Below are positions 1 through 8,865 of a DNA stretch of 64,000 bases, piece after piece. This DNA is from Escherichia phage vB_EcoM_JS09, in the sequence record NC_024124.2; one strand, 5' to 3'. The position numbers and the translations under genes were made by a program. Below the pieces are notes generated by a model. It was not told where the DNA came from. It saw only the letters and a program-made list of their open reading frames with translations, and made no database searches. Each line of letters starts with the position of its first letter. The stretch's first letter is position 1.

Positions 1-330
1 TGCAACGGTACAATTACCCTTGATGAGGCTGAAAAGCTATTTAATGAAGACGTTGATAAAGCCGTCCGCGGAATCTTGGGTAATGCTAAACTTAAACCGG
101 TATATGATTCTTTAGATGCAGTTCGTCGATGTGCATTGGTCAATATGGTCTTCCAAATGGGTGTAGCAGGTGTAGCTGGTTTTACTAATTCTCTTCGTAT
201 GCTTCAACAAAAACGTTGGGATGAAGCGGCAGTAAATCTAGCCCAATCTAAATGGTATCGTCAGACACCTAATCGCGCGAAACGCGTAATCTCAACATTT
301 AAAACAGGAACTTGGAAAGCGTATATATGA
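1..330 (+). CDS. e: Lysozyme (endolysin), C-terminal part; 5' end outside window
   Basis: Frame-1 translation from nt 1 (...[27 protein letters not shown]...[14 protein letters not shown]) matches recalled T4 lysozyme C-terminus; stop 328-330. Confidence 0.9.
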   Translation, partial: CNGTITLDEAEKLFNEDVDKAVRGILGNAKLKPVYDSLDAVRRCALVNMVFQMGVAGVAGFTNSLRMLQQKRWDEAAVNLAQSKWYRQTPNRAKRVISTFKTGTWKAYI

Positions 331-608
331 AAACATATAGTGAATTTTTATCAGAATCTATTCTTAACGAAGCTACTGACACATTTGCGACTAAGCTAGG
401 TGCAGCTTTGGTTGAAGCTGAAAGTCTATTAGCACGTATTTCTGAACTTGCTAGTAAGATAGATACTCGCAAATTTGAGCGCACCAGTGATATCGTTAAG
501 CTTGAAGCATTGTTGCGTATGTGCGATAAGCCAGAAGAAATCGCTAAGAACGGCTCGCTGATGAAACAACGTCTTGAAAAATATATTTCAGGCGCTTCAG
601 AAAAATAG
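327..608 (+). CDS. Internal-protein-like (capsid-targeting-type leader MKTYSEF...)
   Basis: N-terminus [10 protein letters not shown] resembles the conserved leader of T4 internal proteins; ATG overlaps e stop (ATATGA); position between e and denV. Confidence 0.55.
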   Translation: MKTYSEFLSESILNEATDTFATKLGAALVEAESLLARISELASKIDTRKFERTSDIVKLEALLRMCDKPEEIAKNGSLMKQRLEKYISGASEK

Positions 609-666
609 TGTTTACTTCCTCCAATGGTTTTGATACTATACATTCATCAACTACTTGGAGGAAATT

Positions 667-1080
667 ATGACTCGTATCAATTTAACACTTGTTTCTGAAC
701 TGGCCGACCAACATCTTATGGCTGAGTATCGTGAATTACCACGCGTATTTGGTGCAGTCCGTAAACATGTTCAAAACGGTAAACGTGTAAAGGATTTTAA
801 AATCTCTCCAACATTTATCTTAGGCACAGGTCACGTAACATTCTTTTACGACAAACTCGAATTTTTACGTTTACGCCAAATCGAGCTAATCGCTGAATGC
901 TTGAAACGTGGTTTCAAAATCAAGGACACGACTGTCCAGGATATTTCCGACATCCCTGCCGAATTTTGTAATAATTATGTCCCGTCCGAAGCGTCCATTG
1001 CGATAAGTCAAGCACGCTTAGATGAAAAAATTGCTCAACGTCCGACTTGGTACAAATACTATGGTAAATCAATTTACTAA
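667..1080 (+). CDS. denV: Endonuclease V (pyrimidine-dimer DNA glycosylase)
   Basis: 138-aa product [34 protein letters not shown]... matches recalled T4 DenV; SD ggagg upstream. Confidence 0.9.
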   Translation: MTRINLTLVSELADQHLMAEYRELPRVFGAVRKHVQNGKRVKDFKISPTFILGTGHVTFFYDKLEFLRLRQIELIAECLKRGFKIKDTTVQDISDIPAEFCNNYVPSEASIAISQARLDEKIAQRPTWYKYYGKSIY

Positions 1081-1086
1081 GGAAAA

Positions 1087-1203
1087 ATGAAAATGTATCA
1101 AGAATTTATCATTGAAGCAGAGGCCAAAGGTCCTAAAGTAGATGTTGACGATATTGGATATGATTTTAACAACTTCGGAATTATTTCTGGCGGTAAAGCT
1201 TAA
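1087..1203 (+). CDS. Small internal-protein-like peptide (38 aa) with MKMYQEFIIEA leader
   Basis: Short ORF not in six-frame track; leader resembles IP family; SD aagga upstream. Confidence 0.35.
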   Translation: MKMYQEFIIEAEAKGPKVDVDDIGYDFNNFGIISGGKA

Positions 1204-1266
1204 ACGGTTTACGCTTAAGTATTAATATGGTATAATTGCTCTATCAAAACAAACAAGGAAACAAAA

Positions 1267-1581
1267 ATGAAAACGTATAAAGAATTTATTGCAGAATCCG
1301 CCAACCAACGCGTTGAAGGTGGTTATATTTGGATTGAACAAGTTGAGCCACCGAGCCGCACTTCTACAGGTAAATGGAAAATTACTGTTGATGGTCCTGG
1401 TGGTAAACGTAGGACTCTTAAAGAAATTAACGGGTACTATGAAGAAGCTCTTTCGGATGCAGGAACTTACATGATGCAAATCATGATTAAAAACCCTGAA
1501 AACCGTTTTGCAGCTAAAGTCTTCCGCCGTATTGGTAATAAACTTTATGATGCATATTCTAAAAACTTCCCTAAAGAATAA
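1267..1581 (+). CDS. Internal-protein-like (leader MKTYKEFIAES)
   Basis: Conserved IP-type leader; SD aaggaa; T4 ipII/ipIII occupy this neighbourhood. Confidence 0.6.
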   Translation: MKTYKEFIAESANQRVEGGYIWIEQVEPPSRTSTGKWKITVDGPGGKRRTLKEINGYYEEALSDAGTYMMQIMIKNPENRFAAKVFRRIGNKLYDAYSKNFPKE

Positions 1582-1607
1582 CATAAATTAAAACAATAGG
1601 AAAAAAA

Positions 1608-1910
1608 ATGAAAACATATCAAGAATTTATTACTGAAGCGCGAGTGAGTGCAGGTAAATTAGAAGCCGCTATAAATAAAAAGGCCCATTCATTTCATGAT
1701 TTGTCCGATAAAGACCGTAAGAAACTTGTAAGCCTTTATATTGACAAAGAGCGTATTCTCGCTCTTCCTGGCGCTAATGAAGGTAAACAGGCCAAGCCTT
1801 TGAATGCTGTCGAAAAGAAAATTGATAACTTTGCTTCTAAATTCGGTATGTCTATGGATGACCTTCAGCAAGCGGCTATCGAAGCAGCTAAAGTAATTAA
1901 AGGTAAATAA
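1608..1910 (+). CDS. Internal-protein-like (leader MKTYQEFITEA)
   Basis: Conserved IP-type leader; SD aggaaa; basic lysine-rich product. Confidence 0.6.
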   Translation: MKTYQEFITEARVSAGKLEAAINKKAHSFHDLSDKDRKKLVSLYIDKERILALPGANEGKQAKPLNAVEKKIDNFASKFGMSMDDLQQAAIEAAKVIKGK

Positions 1911-1967
1911 CAGTTTACTTTCTCCTAGAATTGTGATAGTATATTCATAATTACTTGGATGGGTAAA

Positions 1968-2096
1968 ATGACTTATATTAATTTGACTTTAGTATCTAAA
2001 TTTGCTGATCAACATTTAATCGCCGAATACTGTGAATTGCCACGTGTTTTTGGTATAATTCGTAAACACGTGGCAAAAATATTTACATTCAAATAA
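1968..2096 (+). pseudogene. Truncated second copy of denV 5' end (42 codons)
   Basis: [34 protein letters not shown] then diverges and stops; paralogous to 667-780 with its own promoter-like cassette. Confidence 0.6.
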
Positions 2097-2239
2097 AATG
2101 GGAACAACCTGGACCTCATGATTCTATGAGGGATTCCCGCCAACCTGTAATAAGGTCGAGCCCAAGTGCGGTAATGGGTAAATACAGAAATGGACAATTC
2201 ATGCGCCATGGAATGGCCCCCAACCTTAAGAGAAATAAT

Positions 2240-2779
2240 ATGAGAACATTTTTAACTGGACCTTATCTATCCCTGATGAATGCTTTTACACACCATTCTG
2301 ATGCTAGAGTAGAAGAAATTTGTAAGAACGGTTATGCCCCACCATTTGAAGACGTACTCAAGCAGTACTGTACACTTCGTTTAGACGGCGGCAGACAATC
2401 AGGTAAATCGACCGCAGTAACTAATTTTGCTGTTAATTGGCTGTATGACGGTGGAACAGTTATTGTTCTTTCTAATACTTCAGCTTATTCTAAAATTTCT
2501 GCTGGCAACATTGAAAAAGAATTTTCTCGTTATTCTAGCGACGATATTCGATTCCGTTTATTTACTGATTCTGTCCGTAGTTTTATTGGCAATGAAGGTT
2601 CTAAATTCCGTGGATTAACGCTTTCTCGTATTCTGTATATAATTGACGAGCCTATTAAAGCTCCTGATATGGATAAGATTTACAACATACATATTAAAAC
2701 AGTCCAACACTGTTGCAAAAGCAAATATTGCATCGGCGGTATTGCTCGTCCTCAATTTTTTGTGATTGGAATGCAATGA
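2240..2779 (+). CDS. P-loop NTPase-like protein (start uncertain)
   Basis: Walker A GGRQSGKST and Walker B-like ILYIIDEP in ORF 2126-2779; ATG 2240 chosen as first start with weak SD. Confidence 0.4.
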   Translation: MRTFLTGPYLSLMNAFTHHSDARVEEICKNGYAPPFEDVLKQYCTLRLDGGRQSGKSTAVTNFAVNWLYDGGTVIVLSNTSAYSKISAGNIEKEFSRYSSDDIRFRLFTDSVRSFIGNEGSKFRGLTLSRILYIIDEPIKAPDMDKIYNIHIKTVQHCCKSKYCIGGIARPQFFVIGMQ

Positions 2780-3084
2780 TGACCACTATTGAAGTTTTTG
2801 AGTATTGTTATAACAGCCCAGTATGCAATAAAAGGGCTCTTGTAGAAAATTACGAGATCTACCATTTTAAACCTAAACGATATTGTTTGACTAAAGGTCC
2901 GTTCGCAGGTCAGCAGGTTCTTTGTACTGCTCCTAATGCACGGTTGATGACTAGTATTCCGCATTTCAAAATGGAATTTATTGATGGGCCGTTTAAGGGA
3001 TTAATCACTCAAAGTTTAATGGCGTTTAATTCCGTCCCATTTTTGATTAAAGAAAAAACTTGGATAAATTTATTTTCTAATTGA
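2776..3084 (+). CDS. Hypothetical protein
   Basis: ORF in frame with ATGATGA overlap to upstream stop; Cys-containing 102 aa. Confidence 0.35.
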   Translation: MMTTIEVFEYCYNSPVCNKRALVENYEIYHFKPKRYCLTKGPFAGQQVLCTAPNARLMTSIPHFKMEFIDGPFKGLITQSLMAFNSVPFLIKEKTWINLFSN

Positions 3085-3090
3085 GGTTAT

Positions 3091-3453
3091 ATGAAAGCAT
3101 ATCAAATTCTTGAAGGTGCGCATAAAGGCACTATTTATTTTGAAGACGGTACTCAGGCCCGGATTATTGTCTCTAAGACTTTTAAAGAAGACGCTATTGT
3201 AGACCCGGAAATTTTCTACGGTTTGAATGCCCGTGAAATTGAAATTGAACATCAACCTAAAGTTAAAATTGAAGGTGGTCAACACCTGAACGTTAACGTT
3301 CTGCGTCGTGAAACTCTGGAAGATGCAGTTAAGCATCCGGAAAAATATCCTCAGCTGACCATCCGTGTATCCGGTTATGCAGTTCGCTTTAACTCTCTGA
3401 CTCCAGAACAGCAGCGCGACGTTATCGCTCGTACCTTTACTGAGAGTCTATAA
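3091..3453 (+). CDS. Autonomous glycyl-radical cofactor (GrcA/YfiD-like)
   Basis: C-terminal [25 protein letters not shown] is the glycyl-radical signature of PFL/GrcA; T4 is known to encode a YfiD-like protein. Confidence 0.75.
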   Translation: MKAYQILEGAHKGTIYFEDGTQARIIVSKTFKEDAIVDPEIFYGLNAREIEIEHQPKVKIEGGQHLNVNVLRRETLEDAVKHPEKYPQLTIRVSGYAVRFNSLTPEQQRDVIARTFTESL

Positions 3454-3677
3454 TGGCTAAATTGATTATAGAAGGGTCTGAAGATGTTTTAAAATGTTTT
3501 GCCGCCTGGTTTAGTTGCTCAGGCGAGCAATCATTCACTGAAGCATTTAGAATGGGTGATATTACCGGAAACTATCCGACAACTGATATCACTGTACGTG
3601 GATATGGTATTAATGAGCCTATCCAATTGGTCGAATATGACCTTGCCACCGATGAGGAAATTCCTTATGTCGATTGA
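3453..3677 (+). CDS. Hypothetical protein
   Basis: 74-aa ORF, TAATG-type coupling to upstream gene. Confidence 0.4.
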   Translation: MAKLIIEGSEDVLKCFAAWFSCSGEQSFTEAFRMGDITGNYPTTDITVRGYGINEPIQLVEYDLATDEEIPYVD

Positions 3678-3933
3678 AGATATTAAAGGTTACAAACCGC
3701 ACACCGATGACAAAATCGGCAAAGTGAACGCTATTAAAGATGCCGAAGTCCGTCTTGGATTGATGTTTGATGCTCTGATTGAAGAAGCATATATCTTGAA
3801 AGAAAATGAAACAGAGCAACAAACCAAAGAAGATATGGATGCAGTGCAGGCTCTTAAGTACGCTAAGCAACATCTAAAAGAAGCCAGCATGTGGGCGTGT
3901 CGTGCAGTATTTCGACCTGAGGAAAAATACTAA
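3667..3933 (+). CDS. Hypothetical protein
   Basis: In-frame ATG at 3667 inside ORF 3499-3933, overlapping upstream stop; 88 aa. Confidence 0.4.
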   Translation: MSIEDIKGYKPHTDDKIGKVNAIKDAEVRLGLMFDALIEEAYILKENETEQQTKEDMDAVQALKYAKQHLKEASMWACRAVFRPEEKY

Positions 3934-4148
3934 TGGCTTCTACTATTACTGGGTTATTGGACTTTCAAGAAAAGGTCAACAAAATTTGTAGTGAATACTT
4001 AAAGTATCTTGAAGAAGACCTTGAAGATTGTAAGGAAGAAGGCGAAGAAGACTATGCTGACCAGCGCCGACGCCAAATCGAAGAGATGAGGCATTTCGCC
4101 GATATGGTATCTAAAGAATCTTGGGCTTTAACTCCATTTTATCAATAA
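3933..4148 (+). CDS. Hypothetical acidic protein
   Basis: 71-aa ORF, ATG overlaps upstream stop. Confidence 0.4.
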   Translation: MASTITGLLDFQEKVNKICSEYLKYLEEDLEDCKEEGEEDYADQRRRQIEEMRHFADMVSKESWALTPFYQ

Positions 4149-4152
4149 AGTA

Positions 4153-4202
4153 GTTTACTTCTCCTCTAGTTGTGTTACTATAGACCTTGTCAACTAGAGG
4201 AG
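4153..4202 (+). promoter_or_regulatory. Early promoter with flanking inverted repeat (PeSL-like cassette) upstream of regB
   Basis: GTTTAC -35, TACTAT -10; arms CTCCTCTAGTTG / CAACTAGAGGAG, the second containing the SD. Confidence 0.55.
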
Positions 4203-4209
4203 AAACCAA

Positions 4210-4668
4210 ATGACTATCAATTCGGAAGTTTTTATCCGCCGTAATAAACTCCGTCGAATCTTTGAAACGGAGTTCCGCAAAATAAATGCCGGTATAAAAG
4301 ATGCTGCAAAGTCTCTTGGACTACCAGGCTTTCATATCAAGTATTCTCAACATCTCTTAGATCGTGCCATCCAGAGAGAAATAGATGAGAATTACGTTTT
4401 TGAATTATTTCATAAAGTAAAAAATCATGTTAAAGAAGTTGCAGAATTTTTATCAATGCCGGCACGTCCAGATGTTGATGAAGATTTTGTCGAAGGTGTC
4501 GAATATCGCCCAGGCCGTTTAGAAATAACTGATGGAAATCTTTGGTTAGGACTTACAGTTTGTCGCGAAAATCCAGCATTCAAAATGAAGACTCTTCAAT
4601 GTAGAATGGCTATTATTAACAGTAAACGACTACCAGGAAAAGCTTCTAAAGCAGTGATTAAAATCTAG
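4210..4668 (+). CDS. regB: Sequence-specific endoribonuclease RegB
   Basis: MTINSEVFIRRNKLRR...KYSQHLLDRAIQREID...RPGRLEITDGNLWLG matches recalled T4 RegB; SD gaggag. Confidence 0.85.
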   Translation: MTINSEVFIRRNKLRRIFETEFRKINAGIKDAAKSLGLPGFHIKYSQHLLDRAIQREIDENYVFELFHKVKNHVKEVAEFLSMPARPDVDEDFVEGVEYRPGRLEITDGNLWLGLTVCRENPAFKMKTLQCRMAIINSKRLPGKASKAVIKI

Positions 4669-4676
4669 AGGTAAAC

Positions 4677-5219
4677 ATGAGAAAAGCACTACTCGCTGGT
4701 CTATTTGCTCTTTCGTTATCAGCACATAGCTCCGAGCATACTTTTAGTAATGTCCAACTCGATAACTTGAATTATGCTTATCAGTTTGGGGAACAGTTTT
4801 CTAAGGACGGAAAATTTAAAACGCATGAAAATATGCATAAGAAAGGACTTGGATACATAATGGCCGCAATACTATGGCAGGAATCATCTGCTGGTATTAA
4901 TCTTAAAGATAAGAAAGGTCACCATGCGTATGGAATGTTCCAAAACTATCTACCAACAATGAGGGCAAGAATTAACCAGCTTGGTTATAATATGACTGAT
5001 GCCCAAATTAAGAAAATGCTATCTAAGCGGTCTAATTCAACCAGATGGGCTTATATCGAATTTTCTTATTGGTTAAATATACATAATGGGGATATAAGAA
5101 AAGCTATATCCTCATACAATGCGGGATGGAAGACAAGTGCTGGAAGTAAATATGCTTCTGAAGTCCTAGAAAAGGCTAATTACCTTAAATCAAATAAACT
5201 ACTGGAAATAAAAGAATGA
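4677..5219 (+). CDS. Secreted lytic-transglycosylase-like protein (SLT-type motifs)
   Basis: Signal peptide MRKALLAGLFALSLSAHS; motifs WQESSAG, GMFQ, SYNAGW resemble SLT domain. Confidence 0.55.
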   Translation: MRKALLAGLFALSLSAHSSEHTFSNVQLDNLNYAYQFGEQFSKDGKFKTHENMHKKGLGYIMAAILWQESSAGINLKDKKGHHAYGMFQNYLPTMRARINQLGYNMTDAQIKKMLSKRSNSTRWAYIEFSYWLNIHNGDIRKAISSYNAGWKTSAGSKYASEVLEKANYLKSNKLLEIKE

Positions 5220-5563
5220 CCAAAGTGTTGGCTTTAATAGTTGGCTTGGTTTCATTTAACGCTCTTGCTAATACTACATATACTGATGTAACGGAGTATA
5301 CAAACAGAACGGCGTCTGATTATTGTGGTAAAAGTCAAGAGTGTAAAGTAGATTTTTCACAAAAATTGTTATATGCGTATAAAGACGGAGAAAAAGATGG
5401 GGCGTCTAGTAGGTTCAAGGCGTCTACCTTAATTAAAAGATACTATAAAAAATGGCAAATATTAGAATGCTCGGTGGCGGAACCTAAAGATAAGGCAGCA
5501 TGCAATTCTATGGTGGACCGTCTAGTTGACTCTTATAATAGAGGACTTGCAGCAAGTGATTAA
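5216..5563 (+). CDS. Secreted/periplasmic hypothetical protein
   Basis: N-terminal signal-like MTKVLALIVGLVSFNALA; ATGA overlap with upstream gene. Confidence 0.45.
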   Translation: MTKVLALIVGLVSFNALANTTYTDVTEYTNRTASDYCGKSQECKVDFSQKLLYAYKDGEKDGASSRFKASTLIKRYYKKWQILECSVAEPKDKAACNSMVDRLVDSYNRGLAASD

Positions 5564-6023
5564 AAACTATATCAAGGGCGATATTGTCGCCCTGTTTTCT
5601 AAAGGTAATAATATTGCTCATGGGTGTAATTGTTTTCATACAATGGGCGCCGGTGTAGCAGGCCAATTAGCAAAGGCTTATCCAAAAATTTTAGAAGCCG
5701 ATAAACTTCAAACCGAATTCGGAGACAAGTCTAAACTCGGGACTTATTCGGTTTATGAAAAATATTTTAAGACCCATAAAGCTTATTGCTTTAATCTTTA
5801 TACGCAGTTTGAGCCGGGACCTAATTTTGAGTACTATGCTTTAATGAATTGTATAATAGAATTAAATGAATTCGGAAAGAATAAGATAACAAAGCCTGTA
5901 ATTTATATGCCAAGAATTGGTGCAGGTATCGGTGGCGGAAACTGGGATGTCATCGAAGAGATTTTAGACACATATTCCACTAAACTAGAAATTGTGATTG
6001 TTGATTGGGAACCATTATTATGA
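5556..6023 (+). CDS. Macrodomain protein (TARG1/DarG-like ADP-ribose hydrolase fold); start uncertain
   Basis: HGCNCFHTMGAGVAGQL and MPRIGAGIGGGNWDVI resemble TARG1-type macrodomain motifs; ORF opens at TTG 5526, GTG 5556 chosen after SD gagga. Confidence 0.55.
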   Translation: MIKNYIKGDIVALFSKGNNIAHGCNCFHTMGAGVAGQLAKAYPKILEADKLQTEFGDKSKLGTYSVYEKYFKTHKAYCFNLYTQFEPGPNFEYYALMNCIIELNEFGKNKITKPVIYMPRIGAGIGGGNWDVIEEILDTYSTKLEIVIVDWEPLL

Positions 6024-6232
6024 ATATACATTATCCACATCCATATGACCCAAAGAATAAGGCAGTAATTATTCGTCAATGGGAACGCATTTGTCGTACC
6101 AAATGTCCAATTAATAGTCCACACGATGTAGATAAAGACTACATCGGAACATTCGTTGAATATACCTTTATTGATAAGAAAGGCCGTAAACAACATGTAG
6201 AAGAATATTGCTTAAAGGTGACATGGTTATGA
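6020..6232 (+). CDS. Hypothetical protein
   Basis: 70-aa ORF, ATG overlaps upstream stop (TTATGA). Confidence 0.4.
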   Translation: MNIHYPHPYDPKNKAVIIRQWERICRTKCPINSPHDVDKDYIGTFVEYTFIDKKGRKQHVEEYCLKVTWL

Positions 6233-6435
6233 GTCAAACAAAAATTCTTACAGGTGCTAAATGCGAAAAATGCGAATGGCCTGTAGTTTTTGCTTTATGC
6301 AATGACGAAATGGCTTGTGATTTTGATTATTGGTGTTACTGTTCGAACAAAGGTTGTAGCAATCATAAAGGTGAAGGGTTTTACTCAGGATTTTACCCTT
6401 ACCCGGATTTTGTTAAAGAAGGTGAACCTAAATGA
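6229..6435 (+). CDS. Cys-rich small protein (putative metal-binding)
   Basis: CEKCEW...CNDEMAC...WCYCSNKGC pattern; ATGA overlap. Confidence 0.45.
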   Translation: MSQTKILTGAKCEKCEWPVVFALCNDEMACDFDYWCYCSNKGCSNHKGEGFYSGFYPYPDFVKEGEPK

Positions 6436-6614
6436 AATTAACTAAAGAAGAGAAAGCTAAACTGTTCGAACTTATCCATGACCTATTGGATGAGCAAGCA
6501 GCCACCAATGCGTACGATGAATATGCTCCTTTGACGGATGAAGAATATCAAACATTGTTGGAATCATTTGACAGGAAAGAACAAGAACTCATTGACTACG
6601 TGAATTCACTATAA
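6432..6614 (+). CDS. Hypothetical acidic protein
   Basis: 60-aa ORF with ATGA coupling. Confidence 0.4.
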   Translation: MKLTKEEKAKLFELIHDLLDEQAATNAYDEYAPLTDEEYQTLLESFDRKEQELIDYVNSL

Positions 6615-6623
6615 GGGACTCTT

Positions 6624-7205
6624 ATGGCTAGTTTAATTTTTACATATGCCGCTATGAACGCTGGTAAGTCTGCTTCATTACTTACTGCCGCACATAACTA
6701 TAAAGAACGTGGCATGGGTGTATTAGTTCTTAAACCGGCTATTGATACTCGCGATTCAAAAGGTGAAATAGTCTCTCGTATTGGTATTCGTCAGGACGCC
6801 AATATAATTACAAAAGACATGGATATCTTTGAATTCTATAAATGGGCTGCAGCACAAAAGGATATTCATTGTGTATTTGTTGACGAAGCTCAATTCTTAA
6901 CTACTGAAAAGGTGTATCAACTTAGTCGTATTGTTGACGTATACAATGTGCCGGTAATGGCATATGGACTACGAACAGATTTTAAAGGTAATCTATTTGA
7001 AGGTTCTCAAGCATTAATGGCTATTGCCGATAAGCTTGTTGAACTTAAAGGTGTCTGTCATTGTGGTAAAAAGGCCACAATGGTAGCTAGAGTCACGGAA
7101 GACGGACTTCCAATTACAGATGGCAGTCAAATTGAAATTGGTGATACCGATAGATATGTGTCATTATGCCGGAAGCATTGGAATGATTTGACAGGGTTGT
7201 TATAA
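6624..7205 (+). CDS. tk: Thymidine kinase
   Basis: MASLIFTYAAMNAGKSASLL... P-loop, C-terminal CHCGKKAT zinc motif; matches recalled T4 Tk. Confidence 0.9.
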   Translation: MASLIFTYAAMNAGKSASLLTAAHNYKERGMGVLVLKPAIDTRDSKGEIVSRIGIRQDANIITKDMDIFEFYKWAAAQKDIHCVFVDEAQFLTTEKVYQLSRIVDVYNVPVMAYGLRTDFKGNLFEGSQALMAIADKLVELKGVCHCGKKATMVARVTEDGLPITDGSQIEIGDTDRYVSLCRKHWNDLTGLL

Positions 7206-7208
7206 ATA
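7201..7208 (+). promoter_or_regulatory. Late-promoter-like TATAAATA
   Basis: Exact TATAAATA about 25 nt upstream of ATG 7233. Confidence 0.4.
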
Positions 7209-7232
7209 CTAATATCTAACCAAGAGGTATAT

Positions 7233-7445
7233 ATGCAGCAATTAAACGAAAGACAACTTCGTAATCTTACTGTAACCCAATTGGATGAAATCCGAAGAGA
7301 ATTAGGACATTCTATTTCTCATTTAAACGAGGATATCCGTCAAACTGGTTCTAAAGCTGATTATACACGCAAGCGCAAGCTGGAAAAATACCTCACAGAT
7401 GTTAAGGCCGTCCAAAGGCGAAAAATAAATACTGGCCAAAATTAA
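7233..7445 (+). CDS. Hypothetical protein
   Basis: 70-aa ORF; SD agagg; TATAAATA late-promoter-like motif upstream. Confidence 0.45.
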   Translation: MQQLNERQLRNLTVTQLDEIRRELGHSISHLNEDIRQTGSKADYTRKRKLEKYLTDVKAVQRRKINTGQN

Positions 7446-7457
7446 CAGGAGGCCTAT

Positions 7458-7760
7458 ATGGCCTTAAGAGCGATAGCTGTCATGGCGATGCTGGGGTTTT
7501 TTGCAGCAACAACTCCTATCGTTGGTACTGCATATATCGACCCATATTTTGATAACTTTATGGAATCAGGGATTAAAAACGTATATACTTTGTTTGAAAT
7601 TCAAAATGTCGAGAATTCTGAAAAATTCTATAAGTATATGGCAAAGCATTACAAAAATAGCCCCTGTGATGATGCATTTGAATGTCATGAACAAGGCATA
7701 AAAACTGCCAGACAATTTGCCGAGTTCATGAAAATAAAATTAGAGCCTACATCTATCTAA
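7458..7760 (+). CDS. rI: Lysis-inhibition regulator RI-like periplasmic protein
   Basis: MALRAIAVMAMLGFFAA... DPYFDNFMESGIKNVYTLFE... resembles recalled T4 RI; signal-anchor N-terminus; terminator follows. Confidence 0.8.
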   Translation: MALRAIAVMAMLGFFAATTPIVGTAYIDPYFDNFMESGIKNVYTLFEIQNVENSEKFYKYMAKHYKNSPCDDAFECHEQGIKTARQFAEFMKIKLEPTSI

Positions 7761-7766
7761 TTTACT

Positions 7767-7796
7767 AGCCCCTTCCTTACGGTTGGGGCTTTTTTG
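7767..7796 (+). terminator. Rho-independent terminator after rI
   Basis: AGCCCC...GGGGCT stem followed by TTTTTT. Confidence 0.6.
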
Positions 7797-7861
7797 CATT
7801 TAGCAGTTTACTTCTCCTCAGGTTGTGTTATAGTAGTCCTTACTTACTAGAGGAGAACGTT

Positions 7862-8041
7862 ATGTCACGTAAAGAAAAAATTTCTAAGTTAATGTTTTTG
7901 ATTGAAGAGTACGCTAATGCTGTATCTGATTGGGAAAATGCTCATGGTTGCGAAGATGGAGACATCGACATTAACAGAGCTATGAAAAAGATGACCGATG
8001 CCCACACCGAATTGCAAATGTATGTTAACGAGATTATGTGA
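7862..8041 (+). CDS. Hypothetical protein
   Basis: ATG 7862 with SD gaggag inside ORF 7823-8041. Confidence 0.4.
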   Translation: MSRKEKISKLMFLIEEYANAVSDWENAHGCEDGDIDINRAMKKMTDAHTELQMYVNEIM

Positions 8042-8048
8042 GGATATT

Positions 8049-8213
8049 ATGCTTTACGATTATACTGGAAAATCTGAAGACGGTGTACTTGAACTTTTAC
8101 CTGAAAGCGCTGAAGATGATATGGTAGTGATGTTTTGTGTTGGTTGTCAATCAATGCGTGATGAAATTTTTAAACGTGAACCAAGAAACTGTTGGCACAG
8201 GAGCATGAGATGA
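8049..8213 (+). CDS. Small protein, paralogue of 8305-8520
   Basis: MLYDYTGKSEDGVLELLPE vs MLYDPSGNFENGVIVLEPE N-termini; SD gagga. Confidence 0.4.
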   Translation: MLYDYTGKSEDGVLELLPESAEDDMVVMFCVGCQSMRDEIFKREPRNCWHRSMR

Positions 8214-8304
8214 TTTATTATCTTGAACCTTGGGCTTGGTTAACAATGGCTGTAGGACCTGTTTTAATTGGTTTATTCTTTTCATGGTTAGCGAGGAAAC
8301 TGTA

Positions 8305-8520
8305 ATGTTATATGACCCAAGCGGCAATTTTGAAAATGGTGTGATTGTTCTGGAGCCTGAGCATCCAGTTGGTGACGTATACCGCCCAGTTGAAGTATGC
8401 GAATGTAATTTTGTTAAAGGTAATACTGGCGGAATTTCCATTGAGCAAGACGATGATGTTATTTACCTGGATGCAAGCCAAGTAGAAGCTCTTTATAGCA
8501 TTTTAAAACACAATCGGTAG
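8305..8520 (+). CDS. Small protein, paralogue of 8049-8213
   Basis: Shared N-terminal motif; ATG 8305 inside ORF 8230-8520. Confidence 0.4.
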   Translation: MLYDPSGNFENGVIVLEPEHPVGDVYRPVEVCECNFVKGNTGGISIEQDDDVIYLDASQVEALYSILKHNR

Positions 8521-8558
8521 TTTACAACTTGGTAGGACTATGTTATAGTAGTCCTACC
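8520..8558 (+). promoter_or_regulatory. PeSL-like early promoter cassette
   Basis: GTTTAC then GGTAGGACT-atgttatagt-AGTCCTACC inverted repeat. Confidence 0.5.
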
Positions 8559-8684
8559 AAAACAAATGGAGAACAAAATGAAACTTTTGCTTATCGTTTA
8601 TGTTATAGTACAATACAATTATCCAATGTTTACTTATAACATGGTAAATGGCATAGTGAATCTTATTGAAACGAGTATGGTAAA

Positions 8685-8864
8685 ATGACACGTGAACAAG
8701 CTAATAAATTGATGGACCTTATCCATGACTTACGTGAAGCCGATTCAGATTTGAATAATGTAGCTTATCATGCGGTAAATGATAACGGAGACTTTTATGA
8801 AAATCAGGTTGACGCTTGCCAGAATGCTTTGGTGAATTTTGTTGAAACTTTAATTGGTGAATAA
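8685..8864 (+). CDS. Hypothetical acidic protein (59 aa)
   Basis: ORF below track size cut-off; ATGA overlap with preceding 36-codon ORF 8578-8688. Confidence 0.3.
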   Translation: MTREQANKLMDLIHDLREADSDLNNVAYHAVNDNGDFYENQVDACQNALVNFVETLIGE

Positions 8865-8865
8865 T

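Noticed and set aside
2097-2238. Group I intron remnant
   Set aside because: No recognisable conserved P/Q/R/S core elements; kept only as an unexplained structured segment
2126-2239. ATG 2126 as start of the P-loop ORF
   Set aside because: No SD, and the N-terminal 38 residues are encoded by the GC-rich structured segment; downstream ATG 2240 preferred, with low confidence
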